Below, piece by piece: positions 10,226-19,319 of a stretch of DNA of 64,000 bases. This DNA is from Candidatus Altiarchaeota archaeon. Lineage in GTDB: Archaea; Altiarchaeota; Altiarchaeia; IMC4; SCGC-AAA252-I15. The DNA is taken from contig JAZDNF010000009.1 of assembly GCA_043800255.1 (NCBI GenBank), forward strand, positions 96,001 to 160,000, given 5' to 3'. Within the stretch, counting starts at the first letter, position 1; each line of letters opens with the position of its first letter. The position numbers were made by a program, and so were the translations under genes. The notes beneath the pieces are model-generated. The model had not been told where the DNA came from. It saw only the letters and a program-made list of their open reading frames with translations, and did not search any database.

Positions 10226-11161
10226 ATGATGGCTGAAGGCTACGGTTACGGGAAGACGATACTTTTCGGGGAGCATTTTGTCGTGTACGGTCTGCCTGCC
10301 ATCGCCTCGGCGTTGGGCAGCAGGACCATTGCAACAGTCGAGAATTCGAAAAAGTACGAGCTGGTTGACAACAGGCCTGCGACGCCAGGCTACAAGAAGG
10401 AGAAGTACGACGAGCAGGTCGTGTCCAACGAGAACATCTTCAGATCATGTGGAGTCGACGTTCAGAGGACTCCAATCAGGATCACCCTAGGGGGCGACCT
10501 GACCGCAGCCTCCGGCGTTGGAGCTTCCGCAGCCTCTGCTGCCGCAATCGCGCGGGCGCTAAATGGGCACTTCAGTCTGGGGTTTAATGATGAGAATATC
10601 AATCAGATTGCTTATGAAGGCGAGAAGGGCTATCATGGTAAGCCGTCAGGCATAGATAACACTGCCGCAGTCTACGGGGGGCTCATCTGGTTCGTCAAAA
10701 ATCTGGAGGGCGGCTCGAACACCATGGAAAGATTGGGTATGAAGGAGCCCTGCGAAATCGTCCTCGGCAACACTGGCCTAACCTCCAGCACCAAAAAAGT
10801 CGTCGCCGACGTCAAGGCCGACAAGGAGGCTGCGCCTGAAAAGTACAGGAGGATATTCGCAGACTACAGTGACATTGTGAGCTCCGCGAGGAAGGCTCTA
10901 ACGTCAGGCAAACTGGATAGGGTCGGCGAACTCATGAGCCAGAATCACAAGCTGCTTCAGGAGATTACAGTATCCTGCGAGGAGCTTGACCTCCTAGTGG
11001 AGACTGCGCTTAAGGCTGGAGCCTTCGGAGCGAAGCTTACTGGCACGGGCCGCGGCGGGCTGATGCAGGCTCTGACGCCCGGCAGGAAGCTGCAGGAGAA
11101 GGTTGCGAATGCTATCGAGGCGAAAGGATTCGCAACGTTCAGAACCAAGATTGGAGTCTAA
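10226..11161 (+). CDS. mvk: Mevalonate kinase
   Basis: GKTILFGEHFVVYG, SGVGASAA, HGKPSGIDN, GAKLTGTGRGG. Confidence 0.92.
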   Translation: MMAEGYGYGKTILFGEHFVVYGLPAIASALGSRTIATVENSKKYELVDNRPATPGYKKEKYDEQVVSNENIFRSCGVDVQRTPIRITLGGDLTAASGVGASAASAAAIARALNGHFSLGFNDENINQIAYEGEKGYHGKPSGIDNTAAVYGGLIWFVKNLEGGSNTMERLGMKEPCEIVLGNTGLTSSTKKVVADVKADKEAAPEKYRRIFADYSDIVSSARKALTSGKLDRVGELMSQNHKLLQEITVSCEELDLLVETALKAGAFGAKLTGTGRGGLMQALTPGRKLQEKVANAIEAKGFATFRTKIGV

Positions 11162-11997
11162 ACCCTGTGGTTGTCTGAGTATATGAGATGCGCTATCTCG
11201 GAGACTGAGTTTCTGTCCCAACCTGGTCCTTTCCTTCGGACTACATGCAGGGAGACTCCGCTGGCTTCGGAGATTCTTCTGATGATGGTTTCGTCAACCT
11301 TCTGATGGACTTTCTTGTCTGTGAGATCTTTTCCAGGCCTCTTCTCGAGTATCAGCTCAGGGTCCTGTGAGACCATCAGTATCGCATTAGGCCGGATAGT
11401 GTTGAAAGCTTCGGAATCCAAGGATACTATAAAACCATTTTTTCCGTAGAGTGTTGCATGAGATTCTATACAGTATGCCTTGCGGGGGTCGTCGCACATT
11501 TTCGCAACCTTTTTCGCAGTCCTTACCCTCAGGCGCTCCTGTTCGACAGGTGACATGTCCTTTATCTGACCTTTTCTGATGTTCTTTTCCTCCAGCGTCA
11601 GGTTCTGCATTTCATCGCCGAAGTTGATTGTTACAATCTTTTCGCCGCCTAATAGTTCGGTTGCCTTTCTCGTGGAGAGCGTCTTCCCTGCGCCTGAAAC
11701 CCCCAGCAGTAGGAACACCTTAGGGCCGCCTGCCCGGGGTTCGAATTTTCCGTATTCTTTAAGTCCCATTTCAAACCCGTCCCTGTCCTCCAAGAGCGAG
11801 AGAGCTTCATCGTCTGTCAGCGTTTGCCCGCGCGCCTCCGCCTCCTCCAGCATCCGCCTGCCGAGGCCATGGGTTGGATCCTTCTTGTTCTTCAGGACGT
11901 CTCTCAGGGTTATCGACTCAAAAGCCTGTCTGAAGAGCCTCTCATCGTCAGTCTCATCAGGGGAGTTTGGCTTCGGGCCTTTTCCTACTGTTTTCAT
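11158..11997 (-). CDS. Archaeal adenylate-kinase (AdkA) paralog with an N-terminal extension of about 90 aa
   Basis: GVSGAGKT P-loop, INFGDEM and ESHATL correspond to AdkA GVPGSGKT, TYGTVM and DTHCTI at 59017-59598. Confidence 0.75.
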   Translation of the reverse strand: MKTVGKGPKPNSPDETDDERLFRQAFESITLRDVLKNKKDPTHGLGRRMLEEAEARGQTLTDDEALSLLEDRDGFEMGLKEYGKFEPRAGGPKVFLLLGVSGAGKTLSTRKATELLGGEKIVTINFGDEMQNLTLEEKNIRKGQIKDMSPVEQERLRVRTAKKVAKMCDDPRKAYCIESHATLYGKNGFIVSLDSEAFNTIRPNAILMVSQDPELILEKRPGKDLTDKKVHQKVDETIIRRISEASGVSLHVVRRKGPGWDRNSVSEIAHLIYSDNHRV

Positions 11998-12002
11998 GGT
12001 GG

Positions 12003-12413
12003 TTAGAACTCTTTCGGCTTTTTCGCGTCAGGCAGCTCTTTCATGCTCGGCGGCGTAGCAGCCTCTTTTATCTCCGTGAACAAGCCCTTATTCACGCGAT
12101 CAAGCAGGTTGGCTGCGAGGTTAGGTTCCATCTCCTTCAAGATGGGATTTTGCGGTTCTCTTGGGTTGTGGGCCGCGGTTTCCTGCAGCAGCTCGATGCC
12201 CTTCAGCAGTGTCAACTTATCTTCAACCGGAAGGCGGCTCGCATAATCGAGCACTCTGCCTTTGGACGGCTGCCTCAGAGAGTATACGATGTTCTGGATG
12301 CCTGATTCTCCAACACTCCTCCCGATGAAGAATAGGAACCCGTTTATCGCGTTCCTGTCCTGGCCGCTGATCCTGTCAGTGCTCGAGTCCTCTTTAGTTT
12401 GCTGTACGGTCAT
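12003..12413 (-). CDS. Hypothetical protein
   Basis: 136-aa ORF co-oriented and tightly packed with its neighbours. Confidence 0.6.
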   Translation of the reverse strand: MTVQQTKEDSSTDRISGQDRNAINGFLFFIGRSVGESGIQNIVYSLRQPSKGRVLDYASRLPVEDKLTLLKGIELLQETAAHNPREPQNPILKEMEPNLAANLLDRVNKGLFTEIKEAATPPSMKELPDAKKPKEF

Positions 12414-12466
12414 CCTGATAACTAACTACTAGGTAAAACAAATCTAAAAGTAGTCTGGCAGGGGAA

Positions 12467-12850
12467 TTATCTGACGGTTACAGTGCCGCCGTCTATCCTG
12501 ACAGTGGCGCCTGTCTTGATCTTATTGACATCAATCTTGTCAACTGCTGGGATGTCGCTGATTATGCACCCGACTGCGACTATCGTCTCCGCTTCAGAGT
12601 TTATCATCGCCTTCGGGGCTTTACCGTTCTTTGCAAGCTGGTAGATTGTATAAGGCGCTACAGTCGAGCCTTTGCCGTAGGGGAACACCAGAATCTTCCC
12701 TGTTATGCACTGCCCGTTGATGTCGCTGTCCTTGTCTGACATGATACCTGTCACAGGATCAACTCCGCCGTAGAAGCTTATCGGGTTCTTGCTGACCAAA
12801 GCCTCACCCTCCACCGTCCCCTTGTTGATTATCCTGCCCTTCAGTTCCAT
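12467..12850 (-). CDS. Phosphomevalonate dehydratase small subunit (AcnX swivel domain, DUF126)
   Basis: Start corrected to ATG 12850 (MELKGR); ISFYGGVDP and GKGST motifs; overlaps the large-subunit stop. Confidence 0.9.
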   Translation of the reverse strand: MELKGRIINKGTVEGEALVSKNPISFYGGVDPVTGIMSDKDSDINGQCITGKILVFPYGKGSTVAPYTIYQLAKNGKAPKAMINSEAETIVAVGCIISDIPAVDKIDVNKIKTGATVRIDGGTVTVR

Positions 12851-14040
12851 TTTCCTGTCACCGCCGTGTTCAGGCACTGTTTGAAGTCGCCTATGTGGAC
12901 GTTCAATTTGTTCTTGCCTCTCGCGTAGAAGCATGCTTTCGCACTTGTGGTGGCCATCGTCTTGAACCTGCCTTTTATGGGGGCGACGACCATGCAGGTG
13001 TCGACTGCCATCTTCCCGCCAGCCTGTTCGATCACTTGGGTGTAGCCTCTCTCGTCTGCGATATCCTTTGTCGGGCGGGCGGTGGCAACCCAGAGTTCAA
13101 CGCCGTCCCTCACCTTCCTGTTCTTCAGATAATCTGAAATCTCAGCTATCTCCTGGATTGACGCGTGCGGGCACCCCAGCGAGACGAAATCGACATCAGC
13201 CGCATCATCGTTCAATGCCTTATACGCTTCCTTCATGTCCTTGTCTGCCACAGTCACAGTCTCCTTGGGAGGCTTGTGCTGTGAGGCTTCAGGCGTTATC
13301 CCTCTTATGTGGTACAGGGGCGGGCTGCCGTAGGTTATAGCCGATGCTCCGAAGCTTTTCAGACTGTCTGTTGACGCCTGCTTCAGACCTGTGATATAAG
13401 GAACCTTGCCATCGCTTGCCTTGCCAATCACGTAACCCAAGGCGCCCCAATCAGAAAGCGACTCTACTTTCGCGTCGACTTTGACATGAAATTTCGGAGC
13501 CCGATTCTCATCCAGATGCAGCCCATACGCTGGGGTCTTGCCTATCATCGCAGCAGCTATCGCTGAGGGGCCGCCTTCCCTGTTACTGCGGGCGCCTATG
13601 ACGGAGTTCACGAAGGTTACCGCGCTGGATTCGGCCCAGGCGACGTGCTCTCCGAATGCTGGGAGGTTTCCGATCAGGTAGGGCGTGCACGTGCACGTCG
13701 TAATAACGCCCATCTTCGCGAACGCCTCAACAACCTTCTTCTGCTTTGCCGCGAACTCGTCTGATATGCCGAGCTTCTTCCACTCGCGCATGTCCATCCC
13801 CGCAGGATTCAACGTCGTGAGAACCTTCACCTGTCCGTCCCTGGCAAGCTCAGACAGGTACTCCAGACCAGCATCTCCGAGGTTGTCGTAGGATACGCCG
13901 GCAATCTGAACGCTTCCAACAGGGATAAGCCGCTCGGCGCCGTAGATCTCGCCCAATGCTATGAGAATCTTCATCGACTTCGCAGCTGCATTACCCTGCC
14001 CGCCCCCTAGGATTTTCTCCTCCTCCCTTGTGAGTTCCAT
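12841..14040 (-). CDS. Phosphomevalonate dehydratase large subunit (AcnX, DUF521)
   Basis: GVSYDNLG, TTLNPAG, CTCTPY, WAESSAV, LGCPHAS, DTCMVV Fe-S ligand motifs. Confidence 0.92.
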   Translation of the reverse strand: MELTREEEKILGGGQGNAAAKSMKILIALGEIYGAERLIPVGSVQIAGVSYDNLGDAGLEYLSELARDGQVKVLTTLNPAGMDMREWKKLGISDEFAAKQKKVVEAFAKMGVITTCTCTPYLIGNLPAFGEHVAWAESSAVTFVNSVIGARSNREGGPSAIAAAMIGKTPAYGLHLDENRAPKFHVKVDAKVESLSDWGALGYVIGKASDGKVPYITGLKQASTDSLKSFGASAITYGSPPLYHIRGITPEASQHKPPKETVTVADKDMKEAYKALNDDAADVDFVSLGCPHASIQEIAEISDYLKNRKVRDGVELWVATARPTKDIADERGYTQVIEQAGGKMAVDTCMVVAPIKGRFKTMATTSAKACFYARGKNKLNVHIGDFKQCLNTAVTGKWN

Positions 14041-14105
14041 CCCCAGTTAAATTATTACCGGCCAAATAAAAAGCTTTTAAGCTTAGGAGGGGGATATTAA
14101 CCACT

Positions 14106-14921
14106 ATGTCTGAGATAAAAGAACGTAGGGAAAAGTCCGTTGACATACGTACTGATCAGCTTCCTGATTCGATAGCCATCAAGAAGCCAGCCTCTGACTT
14201 CGACCAGCTTGTCAGCACCATCAGAGGCGATGCTGATTCTAAAGTCAAGGAGGACGCCTTGCATGAGTTAAGAAATATCGGCGCAGATCGTGAAAGCGGC
14301 AAAAGTTCTGACGCTGCCCAGGCGATTGTAGATTTTGTAAGAGATGACACGAAGGATTCTAGGCTTAAAAGCGGGGTTATGCAGGACCTGGCATATGTCG
14401 TGTGGAGCGGCCCCAAGGATTCTTCAACTGTGGCAGAGAGGGGCTTGGTCTCATTCATGAATGACGAGAAATTTGACTCTGATACAAGGAAGGCTGCTAT
14501 CCGGTGGCTGGGTGAGACATCATCACCTGGAGCGACTAGTGAGTTGATAAAATTCGCAAAAAACAGGAAAATTGACTCTGATCTCAGGGATGATGCAACA
14601 ACATCCTTAGCTTATATCGGCCGTTGGGGGCGCCGTTCTGAGGGTAGGAAAGCGGTGAACGCTCTTGTCGACATCATGAAAGACGTGGGAGAGGATGTAA
14701 ATCTAAGAAAGGAGGTTATAATGGATGTCAGCAGGATCGGCTACCATGGCGAAAACGAGGCGACGTCTTTGGATGCAGTCACTGGTTTGAGAGAATTCAT
14801 CGGAGAAACCGATAACAGGAATCTGAAAAAAATTGCTAGGGAACGACTTAACACTGTCGGCGAATGGTCCCGCAAGGATGATGTGCGCGCAAGAGCGAAA
14901 GAGAGCCTGAGACTTAAGTAA
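14106..14921 (+). CDS. HEAT/ARM-like repeat protein
   Basis: Recurring helical units DSKVKEDA, DSRLKSGV, DSDTRKAA, DSDLRDDA, DVNLRKEV. Confidence 0.7.
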   Translation: MSEIKERREKSVDIRTDQLPDSIAIKKPASDFDQLVSTIRGDADSKVKEDALHELRNIGADRESGKSSDAAQAIVDFVRDDTKDSRLKSGVMQDLAYVVWSGPKDSSTVAERGLVSFMNDEKFDSDTRKAAIRWLGETSSPGATSELIKFAKNRKIDSDLRDDATTSLAYIGRWGRRSEGRKAVNALVDIMKDVGEDVNLRKEVIMDVSRIGYHGENEATSLDAVTGLREFIGETDNRNLKKIARERLNTVGEWSRKDDVRARAKESLRLK

Positions 14922-14942
14922 GGCAGGCGTTCTCTGTGAGGA

Positions 14943-16229
14943 TTATTCTCCGAGTTTTACTTTCAGGAATTTTTGTTTGTTCTTTGATGAGGGTATGGTT
15001 GCGTCTAATGCGACTTTGGCTGTCTGCCGTCTGTCTGAGCCTTCCATGCATTCTGCGGTGCAGTCCAATGATGAGCCCGGGCCTTTGAATATGTTCGCCC
15101 TCTTGTCGGCCTGGACTCGGGTCGCTATCGCCCATTCTATCTCATCCGGGCTGTAGATGTTGATATCGTCGTCTACCACGATGCAGTGTTTGAGGCTGCC
15201 GTGTCCTTTGAAGGCTGCGTCAGCAGCCTTTTTTCCGTCGTCATCGTTCTTCTTTGATATCTGGACTATGGCATGGAACCATGAGCAGCCTCCGACAGTG
15301 AGGAGCACGTTCTTCACGTCAGCGACCTCTTTTACCGCATTGTATATTGTCGGCTCCTTGGGCATTCCCATCAGCAGCCTGTGCTCATTATAAGCAGGGA
15401 GGAGGCCCTGATAGATCGGGTCCTTCCGGTGGGTTATGCAGTTGATTGTGACTACTGGCTCCTCTCTGACGACGTCCGCAGTCCCGGTGATGTCCGGGAA
15501 CGGGCCCTCCTTGGCGCGTTCCTTCTGCGTGAGAGTTCCCTCGAGTATTATCTCAGCGTCTGCCGGCACCAATAAGTCGTTGGTTTTGCACTTGACCAGC
15601 TCGACCGGCTTCATCGTGTTCGCGATGTCATACTCACTCAAGTCTGATTTCGCGGAAATTGATGCCGCCAGCGATATTGTCGGATGCAACCCCAAACAGA
15701 TTGCAACAGGCAGCGGATCCTGAGCCTGAAGGTTCTTGTAGGTGTCCCGGTGGCATATCCTCGCAACCAGCTTGTTCTTCGCTATGGGTGAGGCCCTGTG
15801 ATATGCCAGGTTCAGTATGCTGTCCTTGTTAGAGCTGACCCAGACTCCGGCGCTAACGTAAGGCCCTAGATCGTTGGTGCAGTGGGTGAGTATCGGCATC
15901 TTCGAAAGATCAACGTCTTTTTCCACGACCTCCTGGCAGGCGCCCTTCTTCACAGCCTTCGGTTTCGTGGGTTTGCCTATTACGTCGGCTATCTTGAACA
16001 GCAGGTCTTCTTTTTTTATCCCCAATGCCTTCGCGAAGTTCTCCCTGCTGCTGCATAAGCCGGCGGCAACCTTGTACTCGGAGCCTTTGACCTTGGTGAA
16101 TAGCACGGCTTTGCCGTCGTATTCCATCAGGACCCTAGCCATCTCAAGGTAGGGGTCAACTTCCCTGTCGAATTTAACGAGCTGTCCTGCCCTGTCAAGC
16201 TCGTCCAAAAAGGCGCGCATGCTCATCAC
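14943..16229 (-). CDS. UbiD-family prFMN decarboxylase, probable trans-anhydromevalonate-5-phosphate decarboxylase
   Basis: EGPFPD, VVDDDINI..EWAIATR, SSLD motifs; context with AcnX, ipk and ubiX. Confidence 0.88.
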   Translation of the reverse strand: MMSMRAFLDELDRAGQLVKFDREVDPYLEMARVLMEYDGKAVLFTKVKGSEYKVAAGLCSSRENFAKALGIKKEDLLFKIADVIGKPTKPKAVKKGACQEVVEKDVDLSKMPILTHCTNDLGPYVSAGVWVSSNKDSILNLAYHRASPIAKNKLVARICHRDTYKNLQAQDPLPVAICLGLHPTISLAASISAKSDLSEYDIANTMKPVELVKCKTNDLLVPADAEIILEGTLTQKERAKEGPFPDITGTADVVREEPVVTINCITHRKDPIYQGLLPAYNEHRLLMGMPKEPTIYNAVKEVADVKNVLLTVGGCSWFHAIVQISKKNDDDGKKAADAAFKGHGSLKHCIVVDDDINIYSPDEIEWAIATRVQADKRANIFKGPGSSLDCTAECMEGSDRRQTAKVALDATIPSSKNKQKFLKVKLGE

Positions 16230-16312
16230 AAATCACCCGCTTAGATATAGTCTTTAAAAAAAATAAGCGATATAATATGTCCCAATGGACCTGTTCACCG
16301 AAGCCATTGCAT

Positions 16313-17095
16313 TCAACATCTGATTACCGTGCCTTTGACTTTCTTCCCTAGGAGGGCATCCCTGACGTTGCCTCTTTTGAGGGCGCTTATGATTTTGGCT
16401 TCGGTCTCTGATGACATGATCTCCCTGACTTTGCCTTCCATCCCTCCTGTGACGTCGGTCGCCTTCGAGCCGGATAGTTTGATCCTGGAGATGTTCTTTT
16501 TGGTTATCAGCGGGATGTGCATTCCGCCGCCATTTTTCGGGTCTCTGTCGTATATGCCGTCGACGTCGGTCGCAATTACCATCCTCTTGGCTTTCAGCTT
16601 TTTGGCGATGTAGGGCGCAAGCTGGTCTCCTGAGAGTATCCCCACCCCCCGTTTTATGTCTATGAGCACGTCGCCGTAGGATACGGGGACCATCCCTATC
16701 TGGAGCATCATCCTGATTGTGTTCACCGGGAACTGCACTAGCTTCCCGTCTTCGAGGATGCCGCCTGCTGAGGGTTGGAATGATATGGCGTTCACGCCAT
16801 TCTTCTGGAGCGTTTCGACGACGTCCTGGTTGAGCTTCTCCATCGACTGGTGCGTTATCGAGAAGCCTATGACCTGCCTCTTTGATTTCAGCCCCCCTTT
16901 CAGCTTGTGCTTTTTGGCGGGGACGTGTCCGAAGGGCCCTGCGCCGTGGACTATCACCAGCCGGGTCCTCTTCTCATTCAATGCTGAGGCTATCTCCGAC
17001 GATAGCCTGCCCAGGTTCTTCTTGTTGATTTCCAGCTTATCCTGCGACTTTTTGGTTATCACCGAGCCGCCGAGCTTCAGCACCACGGTCTCCAT
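16313..17095 (-). CDS. ipk: Isopentenyl phosphate kinase
   Basis: KLGGSVIT, HGAGPFGH (IPK His), SGD, DVDGIY, DVTGGM. Confidence 0.93.
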   Translation of the reverse strand: METVVLKLGGSVITKKSQDKLEINKKNLGRLSSEIASALNEKRTRLVIVHGAGPFGHVPAKKHKLKGGLKSKRQVIGFSITHQSMEKLNQDVVETLQKNGVNAISFQPSAGGILEDGKLVQFPVNTIRMMLQIGMVPVSYGDVLIDIKRGVGILSGDQLAPYIAKKLKAKRMVIATDVDGIYDRDPKNGGGMHIPLITKKNISRIKLSGSKATDVTGGMEGKVREIMSSETEAKIISALKRGNVRDALLGKKVKGTVIRC

Positions 17096-17118
17096 TGTAA
17101 TGAATTTTGAATGAGGGA

Positions 17119-17961
17119 TTATATACCTTCTGTGAGCTTCCGGTACTGCCTGTGAACGGCCTCAGTCATCTTACCTAGCTTCCCTTTCCCGATTTTTTCG
17201 CCGTCTACTTCCACTATGGGGCTTATCTCAGCGACGGAGCTGGTTTGGAAGCATTCGTCGGATTTCAGCAGCCGTTCAAGTTTGAAGTCCTCTTCGCTGG
17301 CTGTCAGTCCGAGTCCGCCTGCGATTCCCATCACAGTCTCCCTGGTTATGCCGTTCAGGATTCCCGCACTCTCTGGCGGCGTTATCAGCTGCTCCCCGGA
17401 CACGATGAACACGTTCGAGGTTGTTCCCTCAGCAACGTTGCCGTCGCAGTTCAAGAGGAGGGCATCGTCGTATCCTCTCTCCTGGGCGTTCTTCCTCGCC
17501 AGCGCGCTGTCCAGGCAGTTCAATGTCTTGATCCTGGAGATTGGAGAATGGTTGTTCCTCCTGTTCTCCGCTACCGTGACTCTTATGCCGTTCTCATACC
17601 TTTTGGAGTAGTCCGGTATTTTGGATGCGATTATTATCATGTTCGGCTTTTCTTTTCCTGTGAATCTCATCCCCCCAGGCCCTTTTCCATAGGTTACGAT
17701 GATCTTCAGCGATGCGTCTTTCAGTCTGTTCTCTGTTAGGGTTGAATCCAATGCAGCAGATAGTTGTTCCTTGTTCAGGCCCACGCTTATCCCCAACGTC
17801 TCAGCTCCCCTGAGCAGCCGACTGATATGCTCTTCTTCTTTGAATATTCTTCCATGGTAGGCTCTCATGGTCTCGTACAGGCCGTAGCCGTACGTGAGGC
17901 CGTAGTCGTCTGCCGGGATTCTCGCATCCGTTATGAGTTTTCCGTTCAGGTAGGCTTTCAT
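17119..17961 (-). CDS. Class IV PLP aminotransferase family; probable aminodeoxychorismate lyase (PabC/IlvE-like)
   Basis: YGYGLYET, catalytic K in IKTLN, EGTTSNVF, GILNGITR; overlaps the pabB stop. Confidence 0.85.
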   Translation of the reverse strand: MKAYLNGKLITDARIPADDYGLTYGYGLYETMRAYHGRIFKEEEHISRLLRGAETLGISVGLNKEQLSAALDSTLTENRLKDASLKIIVTYGKGPGGMRFTGKEKPNMIIIASKIPDYSKRYENGIRVTVAENRRNNHSPISRIKTLNCLDSALARKNAQERGYDDALLLNCDGNVAEGTTSNVFIVSGEQLITPPESAGILNGITRETVMGIAGGLGLTASEEDFKLERLLKSDECFQTSSVAEISPIVEVDGEKIGKGKLGKMTEAVHRQYRKLTEGI

Positions 17962-19319
17962 TTCAGCGCTTCCATCAGTGCTTTTGCCTTGTCCAAGGTC
18001 TCCTGGTATTCTTTCTCAGGGTCTGAGTCTGCCACTATGCCGCCTCCGACTTGGAAGTAGGCTCTCCCATCTTTTAGGATATATGATCTTATTATGATAT
18101 TCAGGTCCATGTTGCCGTTGAAGCTCAGGTAACCTATGGCTCCGGTGTAGGCGCTCCTCTTGGTCGGTTCAAGTTCGTCTATTATTTCCATGGCTCTGAC
18201 TTTGGGCGCGCCGGTGATGGACCCCCCTGGAAAAGTTGCCCGGAGTATGTCCACCTGATTTACGTCTTCCCTGAGTCTGCCTTCTACTGCGGAGACCATC
18301 TGGAACACTGTCGCATATTCTTCTATTATCTCAAACTCTGACACCTTGACTGTCCCATATTCGCACACCTTTCCCAGGTCGTTTCTTTCCAAGTCTACTA
18401 TCATGATATTCTCAGCCCGGTCTTTTTCGCTCTCCTCCAACTCTTCTTTCAGTTTCCTGTCTTCTTCCCTGTCCTTTCCTCTCGGCCTCGTCCCCTTTAT
18501 GGGGCGTGTCTCGATATGCCTGCCTTCCACTTTGAGGAATCTTTCAGGGGATGCGCTCACAACTTGCACGTCTCCGAAGTTCAGGAAAGCTGCGAATGGA
18601 GCAGGGTTTATCTCTCTCAGCCTCTTGTAGAGCTGCCAGAGGTCTGCTTCTGTTTCTGCTGTGAATCTCTGTGACAGGTTCACCTGGTATATGTCTCCTT
18701 TTCTGATGTATTCTTTAGCCTTTGTTATCGCTTTCAGGTAGTCTTCTTTTCTGAAGTTGGATTCCACATTGGGCGGTTTCAGAGTCGCCTCTCCCTTCTT
18801 TTCCGCTGGCTGGGAGGCCAGCTTCAGCAGCTCTTCTTTTCCATCTTCCGACTGTGAGATGAGAGTGTATTCCCTTTTGAGGTTATCGTAGGCTATTATG
18901 CTGTCGTAGAATCCCAGGCAGCAGTCCCACGCTCTTATGTCGTCTGCCGCTTTGTTGGGCAGGCCTTTTATCGTGAATTTTCCGAGGTCGTATCCGAAGT
19001 ACCCTACGGCACCGCATTGGAAGGGGAATCTTTTTTTCTCGTATCTTTTCCCGTGTCTTTTGAGCAGCTTTCTCAGGACATCGAATGGGTTTCCTCTGGT
19101 CTCTTCTGCTTCCCCGTCCTTTTCGATCAGTATCCTGTCGTCTTTCGTCTTCAGGACTAGGAAGGGGTTGCAGCTCATGTAGCTGTTCCTTCCCAGCTTC
19201 TCGTGGTTCATCCCGCTGTCCAGGAAAAAGCTGTTAGCCTCGCCTGAGATTCTTTCGAATATCTCTGCAGGAGGTTGTCCCAGTCTTATCTTCTCCTCTG
19301 TCATCACTTGCCTTCCCAT
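17958..19319 (-). CDS. pabB: Aminodeoxychorismate synthase component I
   Basis: GDIYQVNLSQR, SPERFL, PIKGTRPRG (PabB Lys), IVDLERND, FPGGSITGAPK. Confidence 0.9.
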   Translation of the reverse strand: MGRQVMTEEKIRLGQPPAEIFERISGEANSFFLDSGMNHEKLGRNSYMSCNPFLVLKTKDDRILIEKDGEAEETRGNPFDVLRKLLKRHGKRYEKKRFPFQCGAVGYFGYDLGKFTIKGLPNKAADDIRAWDCCLGFYDSIIAYDNLKREYTLISQSEDGKEELLKLASQPAEKKGEATLKPPNVESNFRKEDYLKAITKAKEYIRKGDIYQVNLSQRFTAETEADLWQLYKRLREINPAPFAAFLNFGDVQVVSASPERFLKVEGRHIETRPIKGTRPRGKDREEDRKLKEELEESEKDRAENIMIVDLERNDLGKVCEYGTVKVSEFEIIEEYATVFQMVSAVEGRLREDVNQVDILRATFPGGSITGAPKVRAMEIIDELEPTKRSAYTGAIGYLSFNGNMDLNIIIRSYILKDGRAYFQVGGGIVADSDPEKEYQETLDKAKALMEALK

